Shown here: positions 15,135-23,496 of the stretch, one piece after another
How the letters are laid out: each line of letters begins with the position of its first letter
Numbering within the stretch: position 1 is the stretch's first letter
Virus record (IMG/VR): IMGVR_UViG_3300022885_000061
Location: 1-31,104 of that record
From: a virus
Lineage: Duplodnaviria > Caudoviricetes
Reading direction: 5' to 3' (one strand)
Length of the DNA stretch: 31,104 bases
Position numbers and translations under genes: made by a program
Notes under the pieces: model-generated
What the model was told of the DNA's origin: nothing
Database searches by the model: none
What the model saw: only the letters and a program-made list of their open reading frames with translations

Positions 15135-15438
15135 GTTTTGTTATGTAACATTTCTCTGTTGTTAAATCCACATTGAGTATTTCTACTCCTAATTTTTTTT
15201 GAAGTTTTGTAGTGGGACGATCTATTCTAAATCCTTTTAGCTTACCTGTTAGTCTAAAGCTAACCGTCTTCACATCGTATAAATGAATTATACCGTTTGG
15301 ATCAACGGTGACTATATCAATACATCCTGTGTCATGAATGGTCTTGAATACTAAGTTGCCCTTCTTGAGCAACCACGTCAGAGCTATCGCTTCCGACAGG
15401 TTCCCCTTGTAATGAGTCGGATTCAATAATTTTGGCAT
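15124..15438 (-). CDS. PD-(D/E)XK endonuclease overlapping terS 3' end
   Basis: KGNLSEAIALTWLLKKG...DIV...DVKT. GGAG RBS before ATG 15438. Confidence 0.7.
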   Translation of the reverse strand: MPKLLNPTHYKGNLSEAIALTWLLKKGNLVFKTIHDTGCIDIVTVDPNGIIHLYDVKTVSFRLTGKLKGFRIDRPTTKLQKKLGVEILNVDLTTEKCYITKHET

Positions 15439-15883
15439 TGTCTCCGTTTTCTTGCAATTTTTTTCGTAATTCACTAAGCTTCTCCTCTACATCCTTGGCA
15501 GTCATCTGGTCAATACTTCCATGAAGAATTTCTTTTCTGTCAATGTATAAACCAGCAGCCATACCACGATATTTCTCTGCTGCAATCGCCCCGGTAAAAT
15601 TACCAGCAGCTACGGCTTCGTCACGTAATTTACCTAAAGCAGCTAAATGAGATTTATAATTAATGGAATATCTTCTAGATAACTCGTTACGTCTTGCTTC
15701 TATTTCAGTCACTACTAGAGGATAATATTTAGGGTTCTGTAATTTACTTGCCATCACAGTAGCACAGCTTTCTTCGTACCCAGCTTCAGTAGCACAATCT
15801 TTTCCACTCTGAAAAGTGCCTTTTGTGATCAAAATTTCCACAAATTTGCGTTGTTTTTCTGTTATATGAGGTACATTTGCCAT
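15332..15883 (-). CDS. terS: Terminase small subunit
   Basis: TEKQRKFV...A.EAGY......ASKL HTH, followed by AIAAEKYRGMAAGLY. Confidence 0.85.
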   Translation of the reverse strand: MANVPHITEKQRKFVEILITKGTFQSGKDCATEAGYEESCATVMASKLQNPKYYPLVVTEIEARRNELSRRYSINYKSHLAALGKLRDEAVAAGNFTGAIAAEKYRGMAAGLYIDRKEILHGSIDQMTAKDVEEKLSELRKKLQENGDNAKIIESDSLQGEPVGSDSSDVVAQEGQLSIQDHS

Positions 15884-15954
15884 GTTTTTTTACTTAATAT
15901 TTGTCTAAATTATACTTATTAACAACAAAAAAGCTAATGTTTTCAATAAAAAGT

Positions 15955-16052
15955 TGTAAACTGTAAATATCCCACATTATCCTAGGGAACAACTTATTTA
16001 CAGCTAGAACCCGCTATATAGTTATATTCTAGCAATCTTGTAAATATGTAAA
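15955..16052. repeat. TGTAAA repeats and dyad in divergent intergenic region
   Basis: TGTAAA at 15955, 15962, 16039 and 16047; inverted TTTACA at 15997; GCTAGAA/TTCTAGC dyad at 16003-16033. Confidence 0.65.
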
Positions 16053-16122
16053 CGCTTTTTGGGAATTTGGGTAGAGTTTAGATTATATTTCTGTAGAATA
16101 ATGTTATAGGGAGAAACAAGAA

Positions 16123-16446
16123 ATGAAGTTGCCTCAGTTTGTAACTATAGGGCCTTTTACTGTTGAGTTAGTTCTGTGTCCTCATGACATTATGTATGAG
16201 GTATCTGAAGCTCAAGGTACTTTTGTAGTTAAACCACCTTATAAAATATATCTAGATAAAGAAATGATGGAAACAGGCGGTCCAGATGCTGTTAATGTTT
16301 TAATACATGAGTTTTTACACGTAGGTTATTATCAATATCATTTAAAAGATAAAGAAGAAGAAACTGTTGTTAATTCTTACGGTAATTTTATCACAGAGTT
16401 ATTGTGTCATTCTAAAATAGGTAAATGGATTAAAGCTAATATGTAA
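16123..16446 (+). CDS. Small HExxH metallopeptidase-like protein
   Basis: LIHEFLH followed by EETVV; GGGAG RBS. Confidence 0.8.
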   Translation: MKLPQFVTIGPFTVELVLCPHDIMYEVSEAQGTFVVKPPYKIYLDKEMMETGGPDAVNVLIHEFLHVGYYQYHLKDKEEETVVNSYGNFITELLCHSKIGKWIKANM

Positions 16447-16450
16447 TTTA

Positions 16451-17320
16451 TTAGGTTAAATACGTTTCTACGTCTTGATAAGTCGCTGGATCATTTGGAT
16501 CACCATCAGGTAGTTGATCAAGCATTTCTTGTATACCAAATATACCCATATCATAATTACCACGTCTTTTATTTAATAGCATTTTTTGTTCATCAGTTAG
16601 TCCAGCCATATAAGTATTTTGTGGAGCGTTATTAATCATCATAGGATTAAGTCCGTAGTTCGTGGCTCCTGGATCTTCTTCCATTATAGGTTGATATGGT
16701 GTACCACCAATCATTCCCTTACCTAGATTAAATAGTTTATCGATTCCACCCATCATTCCATCGCGCGGCTGATTCATCTGAGGTCTGTAGTCAATTAAAT
16801 TTTGCATTCCGCCTTGCATCATATCTCTACCATTTTGCATACCATTACGAGCTCCTTGATAAAGGTTCATTAAAGTTCCGGCGCCAGGCAATACTGCGTT
16901 AGCTAGCATACTCATAACACCACCACCATAATTTTGTGCGTCTTGTCCAAGTCTTCTACGAATATCACCCATTACTTGCGAGCCTGTCGGCTGTTGCATA
17001 GTAAGATTAGGCATTTGCATTCCAAGGATACTTCTACCTTGACTATCTTTAATAACTTGATCACCACGATTTTGAAATTGATTGTAGAGAGCAAGCTTAT
17101 CGTTAAAACCACTTACATTCATAGGTCTGCCATAATCAGTGGCATTCATTTTCATCACTTGTTGATTAAGATCAGGAATACTCATTCCAGCGTCCCTGGC
17201 TTGATTTACATTAATACCCATATTTTGGGCTTGGTTCGTGGAACCCATACCGCCGCGATATTTAGAATTAAAACTATCACGCATACGCGCTTGTTTTTGT
17301 TTTTTAGTTTCTTCAGCCAT
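16451..17320 (-). CDS. Met/Gly/Gln/Asn-rich putative internal virion protein
   Basis: 289 aa low-complexity ORF, start overlapping the upstream stop codon. Confidence 0.65.
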   Translation of the reverse strand: MAEETKKQKQARMRDSFNSKYRGGMGSTNQAQNMGINVNQARDAGMSIPDLNQQVMKMNATDYGRPMNVSGFNDKLALYNQFQNRGDQVIKDSQGRSILGMQMPNLTMQQPTGSQVMGDIRRRLGQDAQNYGGGVMSMLANAVLPGAGTLMNLYQGARNGMQNGRDMMQGGMQNLIDYRPQMNQPRDGMMGGIDKLFNLGKGMIGGTPYQPIMEEDPGATNYGLNPMMINNAPQNTYMAGLTDEQKMLLNKRRGNYDMGIFGIQEMLDQLPDGDPNDPATYQDVETYLT

Positions 17321-18132
17321 TAGAATCCTAATCCTATATTAAACCGAGGTGAATTGTCACCTAAATTATAATTCATCCCTACATCCAAAGGAATATCGAA
17401 ACCTCTTTTAGAAGGATCATAACCTAACATAGACAAAATTCCTCCCACGGGATTCACTCTCATATTAGCATTGAAGGAAGGGCTTTGATTAGCACCTAAT
17501 CCTATACTAGCCCCACCATTAATAGAACTGATTAAATCACCCATTGTTCCCCCTGGATTAAAACTTCGATTATAATTAACAGTAGGCTCTCTAAATCCAT
17601 TTTGTCCATAACCTGAGTTAACACTTAATGTGCCTGGAAGAAAATCTCCTCCCTCAGTAGGAGTATAACTTCCTATCGGAGTAGAGAATCCAATGCCTCC
17701 TTGGTTATTAAGTACATCATACTCTGCGTTGAAATTACCAATACCTCCGCCAACTGGAGCTCCATAACCGAGTCTTAAAAAATCTTGATTTTGACCAAAC
17801 CCTTTTCCAGCTGCAACACTAAAAGGACTATTTGTATTTTGAAATTTTATGCCAGGCACTCCAGCTATGGCATTAAAAGAATTATTTCTAGCTTCAACTA
17901 ATCTATTAGGATTGGTAAAATCAATATTATATTGGATGGAATTGTTTCCACCTGGATCAGTAGGAGCTCTTCCGTACCTTGGTAGATCTATTGGTTCAGG
18001 CTGTTGAGGCCTTTGTGGTGAAGGTCTATTTCTATCCCTTTGCATTTGGTTCGGGGAACCCGATTGAGCTTTTCTTTCGCTTGGAGAAGGAGCGTATCTT
18101 CTAGCACTACTATGTCCAGCTCTATGAGGCAT
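17320..18132 (-). CDS. Gly/Asn-rich beta-strand protein with C-terminal FNIGLGF
   Basis: 270 aa, alternating hydrophobic strands, terminal Phe, no signal peptide. Confidence 0.65.
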   Translation of the reverse strand: MPHRAGHSSARRYAPSPSERKAQSGSPNQMQRDRNRPSPQRPQQPEPIDLPRYGRAPTDPGGNNSIQYNIDFTNPNRLVEARNNSFNAIAGVPGIKFQNTNSPFSVAAGKGFGQNQDFLRLGYGAPVGGGIGNFNAEYDVLNNQGGIGFSTPIGSYTPTEGGDFLPGTLSVNSGYGQNGFREPTVNYNRSFNPGGTMGDLISSINGGASIGLGANQSPSFNANMRVNPVGGILSMLGYDPSKRGFDIPLDVGMNYNLGDNSPRFNIGLGF

Positions 18133-18254
18133 TATTCTTTGTCTTTTTTAAATTGTTTTAAATACTCTTTAAATAATTGATCGTCTTTAGCTACTCTACG
18201 AAACTCATCTAAAAGTTTCTTTTCGGAGTCCGTGGTCAGTGATTTGTGTTTCAT
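18132..18254 (-). CDS. 40-aa micro-protein (MKHKSLTTDSEKKLLDEFRRVAKDDQLFKEYLKQFKKDKE)
   Basis: Hand-translated; TAATG overlaps at both ends. Confidence 0.75.
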   Translation of the reverse strand: MKHKSLTTDSEKKLLDEFRRVAKDDQLFKEYLKQFKKDKE

Positions 18255-18364
18255 TATTTTTTACCTATGACTTTCTTCAATGTTCTTGCTTGCTTAGCAT
18301 GTGATTTAGATGCTTTCTCCAAACCCTTAATTACTTTTTTAACGACTTGTTTTTTCTTTTTCAT
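18254..18364 (-). CDS. 36-aa Lys-rich micro-protein (MKKKKQVVKKVIKGLEKASKSHAKQARTLKKVIGKK)
   Basis: Hand-translated; TAATG overlaps at both ends. Confidence 0.75.
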   Translation of the reverse strand: MKKKKQVVKKVIKGLEKASKSHAKQARTLKKVIGKK

Positions 18365-18825
18365 TATTTCCTTTTGACTCTTTTATTTCCATCTTTATCT
18401 GTAACAGTGTAATATCCTTCATCTTTTAATTTTTTACGTCTTTCAAGCATTAACTTTTCACGTTCTCCTATTTTACCTCTATTAATGTTAGCTGATGTAA
18501 GAGCCTTTTGTAGAACTCTTTTATTCGGAACTCCCATTCCGCCTGGTGTATTTGATTTACTTTTAGTTCCCATTCCCATTCCGCCTGGTATATTTGGTTG
18601 AGCTTTGCGTGGCTGAACCCTTGGTCTTTTACCAAGCATAGGTCGAGCTCTATCCGCACCTAGGGTAGGTCGAGCTCTATCCGTTAACATTCGAACTTTC
18701 TCTTCTAGTCCTTTAATTTTTTCCATATAATCCGACTCTGACATAGGTTTTCTTCTAGGCAGCATACCCTTGAGGCCCCCTGGTCTATTAGCATTTGTAG
18801 GTCCTTTTGATATTCTTGTTACCAT
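18364..18825 (-). CDS. Basic protein with internal duplications (DRARPxLG x2, NxPGGMG x2)
   Basis: 153 aa, AAGGAG RBS, upstream TTGATC-N17-TATGCT promoter-like sequence. Confidence 0.75.
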   Translation of the reverse strand: MVTRISKGPTNANRPGGLKGMLPRRKPMSESDYMEKIKGLEEKVRMLTDRARPTLGADRARPMLGKRPRVQPRKAQPNIPGGMGMGTKSKSNTPGGMGVPNKRVLQKALTSANINRGKIGEREKLMLERRKKLKDEGYYTVTDKDGNKRVKRK

Positions 18826-18951
18826 AATTTATCTCCTTAATTAAACTTTTTGTGTTTGGAGCATACAATTTTTATTTGTCAAGATCAAAGATTTATTGAC
18901 TATAAATCCAAGGAAATATATGTTCATCGATACGTTTCAAAGGAGGTAATT

Positions 18952-19086
18952 ATGGACGAAAATCAAATATTAAAACAAGAATTACAGGATGCTTATTTAG
19001 TCATAGCATACCTTCAGAATGAAAAAATAGCTTTAGATGTAGAATGTGGTTGCGATGGTAATTGTGTTTGTCACGAGGCTAATTAA
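18952..19086 (+). CDS. 44-aa protein with Cys-rich tail (ECGCDGNCVCH)
   Basis: AGGAGG RBS before ATG 18952, preferred to TTG 18850; TTGACT-N17-TATGTT upstream. Confidence 0.75.
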   Translation: MDENQILKQELQDAYLVIAYLQNEKIALDVECGCDGNCVCHEAN

Positions 19087-19157
19087 TGAGTAATTGTTCT
19101 GTTTGTGGTTCTGATAAATGTATTTGTGAGGATAACTGCGAAAGTTGTGGGGCTTAG
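19086..19157 (+). CDS. 23-aa metallothionein-like peptide (MSNCSVCGSDKCICEDNCESCGA)
   Basis: Hand-translated. TAATG coupling to the upstream ORF; 6 Cys arranged CxxC, CxC, CxxC. Confidence 0.7.
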   Translation: MSNCSVCGSDKCICEDNCESCGA

Positions 19158-19369
19158 GACTCTTTATATTCTTTATGGGTAAATGGTTTGGCGCTAATAC
19201 GTTCTAGTGCCTCTTGACCCTGTGTTACAATCTCATTCCATTCATAATGAGAAAATATCTCTTTTACCCCATTACGATAAGTAACTTGATAAACAATAGT
19301 CTCTTTTAAATGTGGTGGATCTCCCACAGTTGGGACAATTTCCACAGTTTTAACAACTCCATGTAACAT
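19154..19369 (-). CDS. Hypothetical protein
   Basis: 71 aa, TAATG-coupled to upstream gene. Confidence 0.7.
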   Translation of the reverse strand: MLHGVVKTVEIVPTVGDPPHLKETIVYQVTYRNGVKEIFSHYEWNEIVTQGQEALERISAKPFTHKEYKES

Positions 19370-19626
19370 TATCCAGGAAATGCTAACACATTACGATCTT
19401 TTAATCTAGAAAGTTTTTGATATATCAATCTTCTTGTAGCCTCAGCTACTTCAGGGGAATCGTTGACTAACTCATGTTTCCATATGTCAGTACACGCTCT
19501 GAGAGCTTCGACCTTTTCTCTTTTATTATTAAAGAAGTCTTTATCCATCTCAATAAGATCTAAAAGCATACGTCTACTTGTTAAAGTTTCAAGATCTTGT
19601 GTAAGTACAGTTATATTCATATTCAA
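19369..19626 (-). CDS. Hypothetical protein
   Basis: About 85 aa ORF in operon; exact start uncertain. Confidence 0.7.
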   Translation of the reverse strand: MNMNITVLTQDLETLTSRRMLLDLIEMDKDFFNNKREKVEALRACTDIWKHELVNDSPEVAEATRRLIYQKLSRLKDRNVLAFPG

Positions 19627-19634
19627 TAGTATAC

Positions 19635-19883
19635 CTATATTTTATTAATATTATTTACTTTTTTTTCTTTACCCATATCTTTCATAACGTCTTTCCATAA
19701 ATCATTACCTTCTGCGAAACCTTTTCTCCAAGCTTCATCAGCTACTTGTTCAATCATAAAACATATCTCTGCAACTGTTTTTTCAGTGAAAAGGTGATCT
19801 AATTGAGTATGAAAAATATCTTTCAATATTTCTTTTTTATCTATCGTGTGGTGCATCAGTTTATTTTTTTCGAATATAGTCAT
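19635..19883 (-). CDS. Hypothetical protein behind a structured leader
   Basis: 82 aa, AAGGAGG RBS. Confidence 0.75.
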   Translation of the reverse strand: MTIFEKNKLMHHTIDKKEILKDIFHTQLDHLFTEKTVAEICFMIEQVADEAWRKGFAEGNDLWKDVMKDMGKEKKVNNINKI

Positions 19884-19971
19884 ATTACCTCCTTCAGGTA
19901 AGGGTTAAAAAGTTGGCGCCTGGTTGACACTTCGCGGGAAATGTAAACCAACAGCTTTTCAGGATTGCTCC
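19884..19971 (-). promoter_or_regulatory. Structured intergenic leader with RBS-occluding hairpin
   Basis: UGGUU-U-ACAUUUC-CCGC-GAAGUGU-C-AACCA hairpin; UUACCU/AGGUAA hairpin over the SD. Confidence 0.5.
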
Positions 19972-20295
19972 TTATATATCTGCCTTATCCGACGTGGCGC
20001 CGTCATCGGAACTTTTCAAAGAGGTTTCTTTTAGAATCTCATAGAGTCTATCAACAGCCCATTGACTACTTACTGTAAAGTCACTGTGAACTAACATTTC
20101 ATTCCACTGTTGTAATTCCCATTCAATCTGTCCTATTTTATCTACCAATTGTTTAGATCTTAAAACTATGGTCGGTAGATCATCAACATTGTCTGTGGTT
20201 ACGTAGTCAATCAACTTTGTTAAGGCTTCTTTGTAAGTCAACGCTGGACTATTTTTTTTTACTAGCTTTTCCATTTCTTCTCTCGTACTCCTCAT
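19972..20295 (-). CDS. Hypothetical protein
   Basis: 107 aa; true start may be MEKLVKK near 20274. Confidence 0.7.
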   Translation of the reverse strand: MRSTREEMEKLVKKNSPALTYKEALTKLIDYVTTDNVDDLPTIVLRSKQLVDKIGQIEWELQQWNEMLVHSDFTVSSQWAVDRLYEILKETSLKSSDDGATSDKADI

Positions 20296-20410
20296 CTATT
20301 AATCTTTTTAAAAATCCACCCATCGTAGAGTAATCTGCCTCTGCCATTGGTTTCGCTTTTTCGTACACTGCTATTTTCAGTGCAACTGATTTGTATTTTG
20401 CGGCATCCAT
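20249..20410 (-). CDS. 53-aa putative ribbon-helix-helix regulator (MDAAKYKSVALKIAVYEKAKPMAEADYSTMGGFLKRLIDEEYERRNGKASKKK)
   Basis: Hand-translated. AGGAG RBS; KSVAL strand followed by two amphipathic helices, as in RHH proteins. Confidence 0.7.
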   Translation of the reverse strand: MDAAKYKSVALKIAVYEKAKPMAEADYSTMGGFLKRLIDEEYERRNGKASKKK

Positions 20411-20530
20411 TTATGTAACTCCTGTTATTATTGATAATATATAAAGTAAGAAACCAAGACACATTAGCCATCTCCAGTTGAAAATGGCGATCACAAGTAA
20501 TATTATTGTTATAGTTAAATATACTAACAT
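20411..20530 (-). CDS. 39-aa membrane micro-protein (MLVYLTITIILLVIAIFNWRWLMCLGFLLYILSIITGVT)
   Basis: Hand-translated; fills the space between the promoter and the RHH gene exactly. Confidence 0.6.
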   Translation of the reverse strand: MLVYLTITIILLVIAIFNWRWLMCLGFLLYILSIITGVT

Positions 20531-20550
20531 GTCCTAATTTCTTATAGATT

Positions 20551-20578
20551 AATATAAGGATTTAGTATAAAATGTCAA
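20551..20578 (-). promoter_or_regulatory. Promoter of RHH operon
   Basis: TTGACA (20578-20573)-N16-TATATT (20556-20551), same geometry as P2-P4; ATCCTT in the spacer. Confidence 0.75.
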
Positions 20579-20597
20579 GTAATTAGGAGGATTTAAA

Positions 20598-20792
20598 ATG
20601 TTAAAGTATTATCTCGTAATGGTTTTTTGCTCTCAACAAGTAACCGGTGACTTAAATAAGTGTGTAGAAATTAAGGATACACAAGCTTTTTCAACAGTTT
20701 CTGAATGTATGATTAAAGGAATACAGCTTAGTTCAGATCTCACTGATGTTACAAATATAAAAATAAGTTGTTTAGAATTAACGAATATTTAA
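20598..20792 (+). CDS. Small Cys-containing hypothetical protein
   Basis: 64 aa, AGGAGG RBS, 4 Cys. Confidence 0.7.
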   Translation: MLKYYLVMVFCSQQVTGDLNKCVEIKDTQAFSTVSECMIKGIQLSSDLTDVTNIKISCLELTNI

Positions 20793-20984
20793 AGAATTAG
20801 GGAAGCGTTTATCTTCTATGTAGCAAAGATAAGCGTACTCCCAATCTTTTTTATATTCAGTTCGGCAATATTCTTTTATTCCCGCATCATTAAATTCTTT
20901 TTGTTTAAAAAACCCGTTAAAGAAGTTTAGGAAGTGGTTCTTAGCACTGTCTGTTAGATTCATCATAACCATGTTATAAATCAT
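20778..20984 (-). CDS. Hypothetical protein
   Basis: 68 aa ORF (YCRTEYKKDWEYAY); start uncertain. Confidence 0.65.
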   Translation of the reverse strand: MIYNMVMMNLTDSAKNHFLNFFNGFFKQKEFNDAGIKEYCRTEYKKDWEYAYLCYIEDKRFPNSLNIR

Positions 20985-21003
20985 AAAATAAAAAAGAGTT
21001 GTG

Positions 21004-21216
21004 CTATAATTCGAAGTCTGCTGTGAATTCTATGTCTACATCTGCAACAGGCATAAATATAGTTTTTCCATTTACTTTCTTTAAAAAAGTTTGTCTACAA
21101 ACAATACAATGAAAGAAATCTTTTTGTACTTTAAACATAGGTACAACTATATGTTCGTAGCTACAGTCAGGACAGATAGAGGCTTCTATCTTTTCAACTA
21201 CTTTGCTTCGCCCCAT
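21004..21216 (-). CDS. Zinc-ribbon protein
   Basis: CPDC...CIVC. Confidence 0.7.
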   Translation of the reverse strand: MGRSKVVEKIEASICPDCSYEHIVVPMFKVQKDFFHCIVCRQTFLKKVNGKTIFMPVADVDIEFTADFEL

Positions 21217-23060
21217 GATGGCCCCACTTCCGCGTCAAGCTTGATAGGTACTTGAAGCTCTACTGCATTCTTCATTATTTCTAATATTTTATTTTTCTCT
21301 GCTTCACTATAAAAAGAACAGTTCAACTCATCATGAACTTGAATGTGAGGAATAATACCTTCTTTGTGCAAATCTACCATAGCCTTTTTAGTCATGTCCG
21401 CAGCTGAACCTTGAATAATTTTATTTAATGCTTTGTAAGTAAAAGCTCTTTTAATTTGTTTGCCATGCTCTCGTTCAGCATCGTCCCTGGTCAGTGGTTT
21501 ATGAATTCCATACCTGGCTGGTTCCCACTTATCAAATCGACACTTACGACCAAGTAAAGTTCTTACCTGACCTACATCTGCTGCTTTCTTCATAGTTCGT
21601 TCGATCATTTCTTTTACAAAAGGAACACGATTATGATATTTATCAAATAGATCTTCAGCTTCACCAAGTGTAACACCTAGCTGACTAGCTAATTTGTTTT
21701 TACCCATACCATAAAATAAACCTAAATTAATTGTTTTAGCCTTCTTACGATCTATCTTAGCCATTTCCGATACCATCGTGTGGAAGTCTGTATTAGGATC
21801 TTGCTGATAGGCTTTAACGAAATCATCAGCGCCTTTAAGTCCACCAGCAGTTAAACTAGCTAAGTGTACTACAAGTCTTGGTTCCTGTTGCGAATAGTCA
21901 AAAGAACCCCATTGAGCGCCTTCTTCTGGCTTAAATAAAGATCTGATCAGTGGTCCGAGAATCTTAGAGGAAGGGACTTGTTGTAAGTTCGGAGTATTGT
22001 AACTCAATCTTCCTGTTACTGTTCCGCCTCCATCACCTCGTAGCTGGTTAATCTCTGCATGAATACGACCATTCACAGAATGCTTTAAAATTGTATCTAT
22101 AAATGTTGTTCTTGCTTTATTAAGTTCCCTGGCTTCTGCCACTTGTTGAACCAACGGGTGCTCATGAGTACGGAGGAATAACTTATCGAACTTTGGAGCT
22201 CCCGTTAATTCAGTTCGATCATAGGGCAGATCGAGTTGATCGAACATCTTTGCAATAGACTTAGCTTCCCAAACATTCACAGTGACTCCTGTTTTGTCTT
22301 TAATGTTTTTTAAAAAACTATTCTCTTTAATAGATAAAGTTTTCTTTGTTTGTTCTGCCTGGTCTACGTCAACTTTAACACCATTCCATTTCATATCGAT
22401 TAAGACAGGAAGGACTTCGTGCTCTAACTCATTTATATAAGTTAAATCTTGTGCAATAATTTCTCTTTGAAAAATATGATAGAGCTTTAAGGCAAGCTCT
22501 GCATCTTGCTCTGCATAAGGACCTACATAAAGTGGTGGCAGTCTCCACATGTCAGCTTTAGCATCCACACCCCATTCTTTAGCAGCTTCATAAAGAAGAG
22601 CTTCTGATTTCTTTTCTCCAAGATAATCTTTTGATAATTCATTTAAACTGTAACGCATTCTATTTTCATCAAGGATAGGAGCCATAAGCATTGTATCCCA
22701 AATCTTAGAAGTAATTTTTAGACCCATACGTTTCATCCAGCCAACATCATACATAGCGTTGTGACAAACAATTTCAGGGCATCTGTCTAGTAGATCTTGA
22801 AACTGTCTCATAAAAACTTTTTTATCATAGTTGCCTGGTGCATCATGATCGATAGGAAAATAACCTTTGAAGCCTTCCCAGGCAATCGCAACTCCAACAA
22901 CTTTACCATGACCTGTAGCCCATCCTGGCCCGTGGTCCTTGATGCCTGGATCGTGAGTTTCTAAATCAATAGCAACAGGTGATTGTCCTTTGTAGTCAAT
23001 ACTTTCAGGACATACCCATTCACTCGGAGGAGCGAACAAAGGATTTTGTAAAGCACTCAT
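21198..23060 (-). CDS. polA: Family A DNA polymerase with 3'-5' exonuclease
   Basis: DLET, HNAMYD and YAEQD exo motifs; TGRLS, DYSQQEPR, KTINLGLFYG, IQGSAAD and VHDEL polymerase motifs. Confidence 0.97.
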   Translation of the reverse strand: MSALQNPLFAPPSEWVCPESIDYKGQSPVAIDLETHDPGIKDHGPGWATGHGKVVGVAIAWEGFKGYFPIDHDAPGNYDKKVFMRQFQDLLDRCPEIVCHNAMYDVGWMKRMGLKITSKIWDTMLMAPILDENRMRYSLNELSKDYLGEKKSEALLYEAAKEWGVDAKADMWRLPPLYVGPYAEQDAELALKLYHIFQREIIAQDLTYINELEHEVLPVLIDMKWNGVKVDVDQAEQTKKTLSIKENSFLKNIKDKTGVTVNVWEAKSIAKMFDQLDLPYDRTELTGAPKFDKLFLRTHEHPLVQQVAEARELNKARTTFIDTILKHSVNGRIHAEINQLRGDGGGTVTGRLSYNTPNLQQVPSSKILGPLIRSLFKPEEGAQWGSFDYSQQEPRLVVHLASLTAGGLKGADDFVKAYQQDPNTDFHTMVSEMAKIDRKKAKTINLGLFYGMGKNKLASQLGVTLGEAEDLFDKYHNRVPFVKEMIERTMKKAADVGQVRTLLGRKCRFDKWEPARYGIHKPLTRDDAEREHGKQIKRAFTYKALNKIIQGSAADMTKKAMVDLHKEGIIPHIQVHDELNCSFYSEAEKNKILEIMKNAVELQVPIKLDAEVGPSWGEAK

Positions 23061-23269
23061 TTTTTAGAGATTGTTCCTACAAGTTCTTGGTATTCTTTTG
23101 CCGTGGTATCTTTCCAAATCTGTTCATTAATATTAGATAGATCTTTACTTAAAACAGGTATTAAAGATAAATCTATTTCACAAGGTTTAGGGTAAGACTC
23201 AACAATATCTTTTTTTTCTTCTTCACGTAAACTTAAATATAACTTACCGCTTTGATAAACTATTCTCAT
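23057..23269 (-). CDS. Hypothetical protein
   Basis: 70 aa, ATGA overlaps with neighbours. Confidence 0.7.
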   Translation of the reverse strand: MRIVYQSGKLYLSLREEEKKDIVESYPKPCEIDLSLIPVLSKDLSNINEQIWKDTTAKEYQELVGTISKK

Positions 23270-23496
23270 AGATATCTCATTTCCAATTCTGCTTCAGTTT
23301 CAATAACAACACGAGCTCCACAAGATAGTATAGCTTTATCATTACCTCCATATCTTACACGAGAAGGACCGTTGATAATTACTTCATGACAATAAGTATT
23401 TTTTCTACCTTCTTTAATAGTAATAACAGGTTCATTTTCATTATTTTTTTTATTACTTCTAATGATGTGTTGATTAATATGTATATATTTTTTCAT
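23266..23496 (-). CDS. Small phage protein (HINQHII...LSCGARVVIET)
   Basis: 76 aa, ATGA overlaps with neighbours. Confidence 0.75.
   Translation of the reverse strand: MKKYIHINQHIIRSNKKNNENEPVITIKEGRKNTYCHEVIINGPSRVRYGGNDKAILSCGARVVIETEAELEMRYL

Noticed and set aside
19924-19950. Plus-strand promoter at TTGACA 19924
   Set aside because: No credible -10 at 16-18 bp and no downstream plus-strand gene; the hexamer is part of a hairpin arm.
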